From Acidobacteriota bacterium (lineage in GTDB: Bacteria > Acidobacteriota > UBA6911 > JACQSX01), in contig DASXQR010000138.1 of assembly GCA_036507075.1 (NCBI GenBank), positions 1 to 35,019 on the forward strand: a stretch of 35,019 nucleotides of DNA, written 5' to 3'. Below, in pieces: positions 27,493 through 35,019 of this stretch. Under the pieces are notes generated by a model, which saw only the letters and a list, made by a program, of their open reading frames with translations, was not told the DNA's origin and did not search any database. The position numbers and the translations under genes are program-made. Within the stretch, counting starts at the first letter, position 1, and each line of letters opens with the position of its first letter.

Positions 27493-29001
27493 TCATGCTT
27501 CAAGTTTCACAACCGTTTTTTGACTGGCCGGTTTTTCGGCGATGGCGATCAGTGAAATTCCGAAGGGTAGATTAAGATGCTGCTCGATCTTCAGCAACGG
27601 CACCATCCAGTTGAACACGCGGAGCTGCAGACTTGGCAGCGCGGTGCGCCGCAGCACCTTTCCGTTGAGGTACCACCCCAGGCAACCGAAGGCGTTAAAA
27701 TGCCTCAGTTCAATCAAACGCAGTCCTGCTTTCTGAATTTTCTCCTTCAGCTCGGACTGGTCATACCTTCGGCAGTGCCCGAAGGCTTCGTCCAGAGTGC
27801 CATAAAGTCCTCGCACCGCCGGCACCAGCAGAATTACTTTCCCGCCAGGCGCCAGGCATTCCTGAAACCTTCGCAGCATGACTTCGTCAGCTTCCACATG
27901 CTCCAGTACATTCAAACAGATAATCGTGTCGAGCAACGCCTTTCCAATTGACTCAGTCATTCCGCGCGTCAGATCCTGGTTGTGGATCTGCACATGTGAA
28001 TACTTGGAAAAATAGCTCTGCAGCAGCCGAACGTATTTGGCATTCGTCTCGACCAGGTGCACATCATCGGCACGCAGGAAATATCGGGAAAAGTTTCCCG
28101 TACCCGCGCCCACCTCCATCACACGATCTCCGATATGGCGATTGATGTTTGAATATATCCAATCATTGTAACGCGAGGCCTTGCGCAGACGCTTCAGCGT
28201 CAGGTACTGATCATCACCCTGTGCCAGAGGGTCCTTGAGCGCAAACCTCAGAATTGCCCAGATTGCGGCAATGCCGTCTTTCCAGCCGATCTTCTTGCCT
28301 TCGGAATAATCGCGGCCGCTGTAAGAAATCGGGACCTCGTAGACGCGGCACTGCAGCTTGGCGACTTTGGCCGTGATTTCCGGCTCGATGCTGAAGCGAT
28401 CCGATTCGATGGTTATCGCCTTTAGAATATGGCTTCGAAAGGCCTTATAACAGGTTTCCATATCCGTCAGATTCAGGTTTGTAAAAGCATTTGAAAGAGT
28501 GGTCAGAAAGCGGTTACCTACGGAATGCCAGAAAAGGAGCGCACGGCGCGGAAATCCGGCAAAACGGGACCCGTATACCACGTCCGCCTGTCCGGCAGTT
28601 ATCGGCGCCACGAGCTTGAAGTAGTCATTCGGATCGTATTCCAGGTCAGCATCCTGGAAAATTATGATGTCCCCTTTCGCCTGTTCGATTGCCCGGCGAA
28701 GGGCAGCCCCCTTTCCAAGGTTTTCCGGCTGGAGGCAAACCTCGATTACATTGCGCTCGGACAGTGAAGTATATTGACTCCGCAGTGTTTCGTCGGAGGC
28801 CAGCCTGGCCAGAAATTCACGCGTTCCATCGGTCGAACAGTCGTCCACAATGACAATCTGCTTTGGCAGATCGACCGAACAAACCCGCCTCAAGATTTCA
28901 CGAATGGTTTTTTTCTCGTTATAAACCGGAATCAGAACACTCAGGAGAGCGGCCGGTTTATCGTGATTTTGGTCGCGGGAAGTAAATGATTTATTGAGCA
29001 A
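27493..29001 (-). CDS. Bifunctional DPM1-like GT2 glycosyltransferase / class I SAM-dependent methyltransferase
   Basis: N-half: LSVLIPVYNE, VDDCSTDGT, NLGKGAA, QDADLEYDP, LTDMETCYK. C-half: VMEVGAGTG, CLNVLEHV, L.PGGKVILLVPA, GH.RRY. Confidence 0.92.
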   Translation of the reverse strand: MLNKSFTSRDQNHDKPAALLSVLIPVYNEKKTIREILRRVCSVDLPKQIVIVDDCSTDGTREFLARLASDETLRSQYTSLSERNVIEVCLQPENLGKGAALRRAIEQAKGDIIIFQDADLEYDPNDYFKLVAPITAGQADVVYGSRFAGFPRRALLFWHSVGNRFLTTLSNAFTNLNLTDMETCYKAFRSHILKAITIESDRFSIEPEITAKVAKLQCRVYEVPISYSGRDYSEGKKIGWKDGIAAIWAILRFALKDPLAQGDDQYLTLKRLRKASRYNDWIYSNINRHIGDRVMEVGAGTGNFSRYFLRADDVHLVETNAKYVRLLQSYFSKYSHVQIHNQDLTRGMTESIGKALLDTIICLNVLEHVEADEVMLRRFQECLAPGGKVILLVPAVRGLYGTLDEAFGHCRRYDQSELKEKIQKAGLRLIELRHFNAFGCLGWYLNGKVLRRTALPSLQLRVFNWMVPLLKIEQHLNLPFGISLIAIAEKPASQKTVVKLEA

Positions 29002-29131
29002 ACAGCCTTAATCCATAATGCATCCGCGGCGACGAGTCAAGGACGAGGTCCTGACGACCGCGAAAGCGCAGCTATGCTGCGCCCTGGAGTTTGGTCATTT
29101 TCGGCCGTAAAGACGCGCATGCCGCGTCTCC

Positions 29132-29221
29132 ATTGAAAGTTCTGAAGAAGTGTCGGGTGTAACTGCAGTAACATTTGAACTGCCGGAACAAAAACAAATT
29201 CTTAGCGTTCTTGGCGGTTCA
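29132..29221 (+). mobile_element. Truncated, more diverged copy 3 of the MITE-like element (right part only)
   Basis: attgaaagttctgaagaagtgtc.ggtgtaa.tgcagtaacatttgaactg...aaattcttagcgttcttggcggttca matches 16359-16459. The left part is replaced by an AGACGCG-catgc-CGCGTCT hairpin. Confidence 0.65.
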
Positions 29222-29341
29222 GTTTTTTCTCACGTTCTAATGCCCGCAGCTCTGACGCGGGTGGAGGTGGTTTGATTCTCCGTGCGCGGACTGACGCCCG
29301 CGGTTCTGACGATTTGCCCGAGCTATGCTGCAGCCTGCAGT

Positions 29342-29476
29342 TCACTCTTTCTTATCTGCTTGGGGCGTGATGTGAAGTGAGTCAAGATGATGCGCTTCTT
29401 CACGCTCGGATTTGAAGCCCCAGTACAGGAACGCTCCAAGGACTATCACTCCAATCACGATATAAACTATCGTCAT
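29342..29476 (-). CDS. Small single-pass membrane protein (44 aa)
   Basis: Strong SD AAGGAG 7 nt before ATG 29476. Sequence MTIVYIVIGVIVLGAFLYWGFKSEREEAHHLDSLHITPQADKKE has one TM and a charged tail. Confidence 0.65.
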   Translation of the reverse strand: MTIVYIVIGVIVLGAFLYWGFKSEREEAHHLDSLHITPQADKKE

Positions 29477-29612
29477 GGCCGTTCTCCTTTCCAGTGCGCT
29501 CTGAAGGCGGGGAGGCGGAGATATCTGGCTGTGAATGGCGCCTTCAGTAACAAGCGCCCCAACGGTTATTGTAGTCCAAATCGGCATTTAAGCTACCTCT
29601 CAAATCGAATTG

Positions 29613-29849
29613 ATGCCAAATAGTCAAGGCGATGCCATCCAATACCGGGGTTATACGGCACGATTTACGGCATTCCCTTTGGTTAACAAGGGGTTCTATT
29701 TCTGTCAGGCATGGGTTTACAGCGCGGGCAGTGAGCAGGAGGGCGAGGTTGTCAGCGGCCGTGGTTTGACTCCCTCTGAAGCGCGCCAGGACTGTGAGAT
29801 GCGCGTCAAGAAGAAGGTAGACACCTGGCTCCGACCGGAGAATGCGTAA
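29613..29849 (+). CDS. Small hypothetical protein (78 aa)
   Basis: Fills a gap between genes. Has a plausible beta-beta-beta-alpha pattern (YRGY...GLTPSEARQDCEMRVKKKVD). No clear SD. Confidence 0.5.
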   Translation: MPNSQGDAIQYRGYTARFTAFPLVNKGFYFCQAWVYSAGSEQEGEVVSGRGLTPSEARQDCEMRVKKKVDTWLRPENA

Positions 29850-29909
29850 ATAAATTCAGGGGTAGTTCAAAAATTTGGACGATACAATATTTTGAAGGTG
29901 GTAATGGTT

Positions 29910-29973
29910 ATGGGGTCAGGTCTTGAAATTTGAATTCGCTGCCGCGAATTCAAATTTCAAGACCTGACCCCAT
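29910..29973. repeat. Perfect 30-bp hairpin of the GGGGTCAGGTCTTG REP type
   Basis: atggggtcaggtcttgaaatttgaattcgc-tgcc-gcgaattcaaatttcaagacctgaccccat. Confidence 0.92.
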
Positions 29974-30050
29974 CTAAAAAATCCGTAGAAACCGCCAAGT
30001 TGCCAACTTCCCGCAGGGAGCCTCCGTTATAATTGGGTTTTCCCTGGAGG

Positions 30051-33014
30051 ATGACTTTGAAAACACCGACCATTTTGATTCTACTTGTTTTTCTTCTCGC
30101 GTCGACGGCTCTGATCGCACAGTCGCAGGCAACGACGGGAACACTGCAGGGATTTGTGAAGGACGAATCCGGCGCGGTGCTTCCGGGTGCCAGCATCACT
30201 GTCAAACAGATCGAAACCGGTCTCACGCGAGAGCTGATCACCGATGACAAGGGCTACTATCACGCGCTTTCACTTCCCTCGGGAGTCTATGATGTCACGG
30301 CCAGCCTGACCGGTTTTAACAGCGTGCGGCAGCCAAACGTGCAGCTTTCGCTGGGCCAGTCACTGGACGTCAATTTCACACTGAGAGTAGCGGGCACATC
30401 CACGGAAGTGATCGTCGGAGCCACCACGCCGGCATTGGAATTGACCAAGACCGAGGTCAGCAGCACCGTCAATGAGCGCGCCATTCAGGAACTCCCCATT
30501 AACGGCCGGCGCTTTACAGATTTCGTGCTCCTGACGCCTGGCGTCACTCAGGACCCTCGAGGCCTGTCGGGTTCGCAGAACGGGGATCTCTCTTTTGGAG
30601 GCCTGCGGGGAATCAACAATAATATTCAGATTGACGGCGTGGACAACAACAACGCTTTTTTTGCTCAATCGCGCGGCCGTTTCCGCGCTCCTTACAACTT
30701 CAGCCAGGCGGCCGTGAAGGAATTTCAGGTAGTAAACAGCAACTTCTCCGCCGAGTTCGGCAAAGCGGCCGGAGCGGTGGTCAACGTGATTACAAAATCC
30801 GGAACAAATGAGCTGCATGGCGAGGCGTTCTACTACATCCGCGACAGCGGCGTGGCGGCAAGGAATCCGTTTGTGGACCGCACGTTCAAGAGCCGGCAGC
30901 AGCAGTTCGGCGGGGCGGTCGGCGGCCCGATCAGAAAAGACAAACTTTTCTTTTTTGCCAATTACGACCAGCAGATTTTTCGTGTGCCAACCAACGTCCG
31001 TCTCCTCGGCATTCCGGCCGCCGACGCCAACAGTACCGACCCGGCGATACAGAACGCAGTGAAGTTTCTGCGCGGCCTGGAAGGCGATTTCAAGTCCGAA
31101 CTGCTGGCCAATGTCCTGCTGGTCAAAACCGACTGGATCATCAACCCGCAAAACACGCTCTCCACGCGCTACAACTTTCAAAACCTGGGAGGAAAGAATA
31201 ACGTTTTCTTCAATCTCACCAATCCGGTGACCCGCTTCAGCATCGACAATAACGCGACCGGAGAGGTCCGCACCGACAGCCTGGTTTCAGCGCTGACGAG
31301 CATTCTCAGTCCGCGGCGCCTGAATGAATTCCGTTTTCAGTTTGCCTACGACGATCAGAACAACGTCTCCAACAGCGACGTTCCTCAGGTGGCAATTTCC
31401 AATGTCATCAGCGGTTTTGGACGCGCCACTACCGAGCCCCGCTTCACGCGCGAGAAGCGCTGGCAGTTCATGGACAACTACAGCCACACGGTGAGCCGCC
31501 ACGATCTTAGAACCGGTGTGGATATGAGCGTGCTGCGGATCGAGAATTTTTTCCCCGGCAGTTTCGGCGGCAGTTTCTTTTTCACAAGCATCGCCAATTT
31601 CGTGGGCAACCGGCCAACCAATTACAGCCAGAATTTCGGCAATCCAATCACCAATCCCAATACCATGCAGTATGCGTTCTTTTTCCAGGACAACTGGAGG
31701 ACGCTGCCCACTCTTAATCTGAATTTTGGATTGCGCTACGAGCTGGAGACCTATGACAAGTCACAACTGCAGGCCAATCCGCTTTATCCGGCAACCGGTC
31801 AGATACCTCTGGACAAGAACAACCTGGCGCCGCGTTTCGGCTTCTCCTGGTCGCCCATCAAGCGAACGGTAGTGCGCGGCGGCTACGGCATTTTCTACGG
31901 CCGCACCGCCCAGATCATCACGTCAACTGCCATATCCGGAAATGGACTGCGCACGCAGCGCTTCACGTTGAACGCATCAGTCCCCGCGCAGGCGGCGCTG
32001 ATCCCGACCTATCCGAACCGTCTCAGCAGCGCGCCGAATGTCGCGGCAGTGAGCTCAGACCTGTTCGTGTTCGCGCCCGATTTTGTCAATCCTTACGTGC
32101 AGCAGGGGAACCTGGCCGTGGAGCGCCAGATTGCAAACAATCTGCAAATCTCGGCAACCTACATCATGACCAAGGGAACGCGCATGAACCGCACCCGCGA
32201 CATAAACCTGTTTGCGCCCACGCCAGTGACTGTGCCGATTTTCAGCGGAACTTCCGAGGTGGGAGCCGGGGTGGTGCAGCAGTTCAACACAGCCAGGCGT
32301 CCGGTCAGCGGAGTAGGGCAGATCAATACCTTTGAGAGCGCCGCCGGCTCGATTTATCACGGTCTGATAGTTTCGGCCAACAAGCGCTGGAGTCACGGCT
32401 TCCAGTTCCTGCTGTCCTACACGGTCGCAAAGACAATCGACGATGGTCCCGATTCGCTGATTGTGACGCGTGCCGGGCGAGTGCAAAACAGCTACAACAC
32501 GCATGACGAGCGCGGCCTCTCTGTCACGGATCAGCGCCAGCGGTTTGTGTTCAGTTGGGTGTATGCGCCAACATTGAACCTATCCTCCGATGTTGCCCGG
32601 CACCTGCTGAACGGCTGGAAATTCAGCGCCATTTCGACCGTGGCTACGGGCCGTCCCATAGACGCACAGGCCTCCGGAGATCCAAATCGCGACGGCAACA
32701 CCGGGAACGATCGCACCGCCGGCCTGGGGCGCAACGTTTTCCAGGGATTCGGCTACCACAACCACGATTTCCGGGTGACGCGCGTGTTTCGGCTGAAGGA
32801 GCGCTCCAGGATTGAATTCCTGACCGAATTCTTTAACGTATTCAACCACACCAACCTTCTGTTTGGCAGGAACGACGATGGTTTTTTCCGCACGCATTCC
32901 ACATTCCAGACCACGCCCGCGCCGGGGAGATTTAATCTGACGCAGAATTTTCTGGTGGGGAATGAGGCGTTCAATCCCCGTCAGATTCAATTTGCGCTGA
33001 AGTACCTATTCTGA
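30051..33014 (+). CDS. TonB-dependent receptor, Oar-like, with N-terminal carboxypeptidase-regulatory-like domain
   Basis: Signal peptide, G.VKDESGAVLPGA.ITV, LPINGRRF.DFVLLTPGV, AEFGKAAGAVVNVITKSGTNELHGE, N.APRFGFSW and terminal PRQIQFALKYLF. Start is ATG 30051 or TTG 30057 (GGAGG upstream). Confidence 0.93.
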   Translation: MTLKTPTILILLVFLLASTALIAQSQATTGTLQGFVKDESGAVLPGASITVKQIETGLTRELITDDKGYYHALSLPSGVYDVTASLTGFNSVRQPNVQLSLGQSLDVNFTLRVAGTSTEVIVGATTPALELTKTEVSSTVNERAIQELPINGRRFTDFVLLTPGVTQDPRGLSGSQNGDLSFGGLRGINNNIQIDGVDNNNAFFAQSRGRFRAPYNFSQAAVKEFQVVNSNFSAEFGKAAGAVVNVITKSGTNELHGEAFYYIRDSGVAARNPFVDRTFKSRQQQFGGAVGGPIRKDKLFFFANYDQQIFRVPTNVRLLGIPAADANSTDPAIQNAVKFLRGLEGDFKSELLANVLLVKTDWIINPQNTLSTRYNFQNLGGKNNVFFNLTNPVTRFSIDNNATGEVRTDSLVSALTSILSPRRLNEFRFQFAYDDQNNVSNSDVPQVAISNVISGFGRATTEPRFTREKRWQFMDNYSHTVSRHDLRTGVDMSVLRIENFFPGSFGGSFFFTSIANFVGNRPTNYSQNFGNPITNPNTMQYAFFFQDNWRTLPTLNLNFGLRYELETYDKSQLQANPLYPATGQIPLDKNNLAPRFGFSWSPIKRTVVRGGYGIFYGRTAQIITSTAISGNGLRTQRFTLNASVPAQAALIPTYPNRLSSAPNVAAVSSDLFVFAPDFVNPYVQQGNLAVERQIANNLQISATYIMTKGTRMNRTRDINLFAPTPVTVPIFSGTSEVGAGVVQQFNTARRPVSGVGQINTFESAAGSIYHGLIVSANKRWSHGFQFLLSYTVAKTIDDGPDSLIVTRAGRVQNSYNTHDERGLSVTDQRQRFVFSWVYAPTLNLSSDVARHLLNGWKFSAISTVATGRPIDAQASGDPNRDGNTGNDRTAGLGRNVFQGFGYHNHDFRVTRVFRLKERSRIEFLTEFFNVFNHTNLLFGRNDDGFFRTHSTFQTTPAPGRFNLTQNFLVGNEAFNPRQIQFALKYLF

Positions 33015-33017
33015 TAC

Positions 33018-33071
33018 TTCGTGTCTTTGTGGTGAAGATCTTGTCCACCACAAAGGCACTAAGGACACAAA
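33018..33071. repeat. Back-to-back halves of the CACCACAAAGGCAC-type repeat
   Basis: cttcgtgtctttgtggtg ... caccacaaaggcactaaggacacaaa. Same motif family as 11996-12010 and 26122-26261. Confidence 0.65.
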
Positions 33072-33098
33072 CACCCACCTTCGTATTAAACTCCCCCT

Positions 33099-35019
33099 AT
33101 GCTTTTGCGCCTGGAAGGAATCGAGAAGAGCTACGGAGAGCGATCGCTGTTCGATTCCATCGACTGGATGATCAATCCCGGCGAGCGCATCGGTCTGGTT
33201 GGACCCAACGGCTCAGGAAAAACCACGCTGCTTCAGATCATGATCGGAGCGCTTCAGCCCGACAAAGGGCAGGTCATCCGCAGGAAAACTCTGAAGTGCG
33301 CTCACGTCGAGCAGGCGGAATTCGAAGCGGAGACAACCGGCGCCGTGACTGTCCTGTCACAGGCGCTGTCTGTGTTTGAGCCGCTAATGCGCATGGAACA
33401 CCAGATCCTGGAGCTTCAGAAGGAGATGGCGGAGAATCCCGGCGGCGCCGGGCGGGTGGCCGACGAATACTCGCACCTGATTGAAAGTTTCCGACTGCAC
33501 GGGGGCTACGTGTTTCGCAGCCGGACAGAAAACGTCCTCCAGGGTCTTGGCTTCGAGCGGGAAGCGATGCACTGGCCACTGACCCATCTCAGCGGGGGAC
33601 AGCAGAGTCGATTGAAACTCGCCCAGGCACTGCTGGCCGAACCCGATCTTCTGATGCTCGACGAGCCGACCAACCACCTGGACATCGACGCCATTGAATG
33701 GCTGGAGCAGTACCTGGCCGCCATCAAAGCAGCCATCGTGGTGGTGAGTCATGATCGCTTCTTTTTGGACCAGGTGACAAAGAAAACGGTCGAGTTGCAC
33801 CAGCGCAGATTGCGCGCTTTCTCGGGCAATTATTCATTCTACCGTTCCGAGCGCCAACTTCTGGATGAACAACAGGCCGCCACCTTTGAAAGACAGCAGG
33901 AATTGATCGAGAGGACAGAGGAATTTATCCGGCGCAACATCGCCGGGCAGAAGACAAAGCAAGCCAAGAGCCGGCGCAAAATGCTCGAAAGACTGGATCG
34001 TGTGGAAGCCGTTGAAAGCCGCGATTCGATGAAGCTGGCGTTCCGGGAAGCGGAAGGGATAGCGCATGAAATCGTCCGCTGCAAGAAAATGACAATCGGT
34101 TACGCGGGAACGCCTCTGATCGAAGGAATCGACCTGGTCGTTTTCCGCGGCGGCCGGTTTGGAGTCGTAGGCGGGAACGGAACGGGAAAGACGACCCTGC
34201 TCAAAACTCTTCTCGGCCTGATTCCTCCTCTTTCCGGAAAGCTACGGCGGGCGGAGGACCTGTCCTGGAGCTACTTTTCGCAGACCCAGGATACCCTGGA
34301 TGCAGCCAAAACCATTCTGGGGGAGATTCACGACCAATCCCCTTCGGCCACCGAAGGCGAACTTCGGAATTATCTCGCTCGCTTTCTGTTCCGAGGCGAG
34401 GATGTCTTCAAGAAGATCGGAGTCCTGAGCGGAGGTGAAAGAAGCCGTGTGGCGCTGGCAAAACTGCTGCTGCGACCCTCGCACGTTCTGCTGCTGGACG
34501 AGCCGACAAACCATCTGGATATCCCCGCGCGCGAAGCCCTGGAAACAGCCCTGCGGGAATTTGAGGGGACCCTGTTCGTTGTCTCGCACGACCGGTATTT
34601 CCTGAGGCAAATCGAAACAGAGATCCTGTTTGTGCATGGCGGCCGGCTGGAACATTTCTTCGACCTGAACACTTTTGAGGCGCGGCGCCGGCCGCCGGCT
34701 GCGGAATCAGCGGCTCGGGAGAGTGTCACTGATACTGACAAGGTTCCTGCGGCCGCTTCACAGGCTTCGATTCGCACGATGACAGCACCCGCCAGACCGC
34801 CGGCTTCGAAAAACGAGCGAGCGCGCGTGCAAAAACAGCTGCTCGCGCTGGAAGAGAGGATTCACCAACTGGAGGCCAAGCGCGACGCCATCAGCACTCG
34901 AATGCATCAGATGAGTCCCTCAGAGTTCCAGCAATTAAATGAGCTCGCAAACAGCTACGAAGCCATCGATCTTGAATTATCCTCGGTCTACAGCGAATGG
35001 GAAAACCTGATGATGCAAT
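33099..35019 (+). CDS. ABC-F family ATP-binding protein (Uup/YheS-like), 3' end just beyond the window
   Basis: Manual translation gives MLLRLEGIEKSYGERSLF...GLVGPNGSGKTTLL, LSGGQQSRLKLA, LDEPTNHLD and VVVSHDR, then a second cassette GGNGTGKTT, LSGGERSR, LDEPTNHLD, ending ...YSEWENLMMQ. No TM segments. Missing from the ORF track because there is no stop in the window. Confidence 0.95.
   Translation, partial: MLLRLEGIEKSYGERSLFDSIDWMINPGERIGLVGPNGSGKTTLLQIMIGALQPDKGQVIRRKTLKCAHVEQAEFEAETTGAVTVLSQALSVFEPLMRMEHQILELQKEMAENPGGAGRVADEYSHLIESFRLHGGYVFRSRTENVLQGLGFEREAMHWPLTHLSGGQQSRLKLAQALLAEPDLLMLDEPTNHLDIDAIEWLEQYLAAIKAAIVVVSHDRFFLDQVTKKTVELHQRRLRAFSGNYSFYRSERQLLDEQQAATFERQQELIERTEEFIRRNIAGQKTKQAKSRRKMLERLDRVEAVESRDSMKLAFREAEGIAHEIVRCKKMTIGYAGTPLIEGIDLVVFRGGRFGVVGGNGTGKTTLLKTLLGLIPPLSGKLRRAEDLSWSYFSQTQDTLDAAKTILGEIHDQSPSATEGELRNYLARFLFRGEDVFKKIGVLSGGERSRVALAKLLLRPSHVLLLDEPTNHLDIPAREALETALREFEGTLFVVSHDRYFLRQIETEILFVHGGRLEHFFDLNTFEARRRPPAAESAARESVTDTDKVPAAASQASIRTMTAPARPPASKNERARVQKQLLALEERIHQLEAKRDAISTRMHQMSPSEFQQLNELANSYEAIDLELSSVYSEWENLMMQ

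Noticed and set aside
33029..34777. Short ORFs listed in the track over this region
   Set aside because: They are shadows of the ABC-F gene starting at 33099, which the track missed because it has no stop in the window.

Overview
Bacterial chromosomal window of roughly 55-60% GC (by eye). The gene set (Oar-like TonB receptor, GWxTD protein, VirB10-like lipoprotein, multi-CHRD secreted protein) suggests Acidobacteriota, which is an inference. Contents in order: tRNA-Ser(GCT); secreted amidohydrolase with a CIA30-like domain; 4xCHRD secreted protein; small lipoprotein; alpha-glucan phosphorylase with a tiny HxxxCxxC zinc-finger ORF upstream; NAD-dependent DNA ligase; DUF4416 protein; lipoprotein; a translationally coupled pair of phosphohexomutase paralogs, one lacking the catalytic Ser, divergent from an HddA-like GHMP kinase; GWxTD protein; a glycosylation cluster of three GT-C-like membrane proteins and three GT2 enzymes; two small ORFs; a TonB-dependent receptor; and an ABC-F ATPase that runs off the right end and is absent from the ORF track. 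No transposase, integrase, RT or cas gene was seen. Most intergenic gaps nevertheless hold an inverted-repeat element: inverted heptamer arrays, REP/REPIN-like hairpins, or a dispersed ~160-bp TIR-bounded element present in 2 full copies and 1 partial copy. The best leads are the active/pseudo-enzyme mutase pair with the kinase, and this nested palindromic repeat system.
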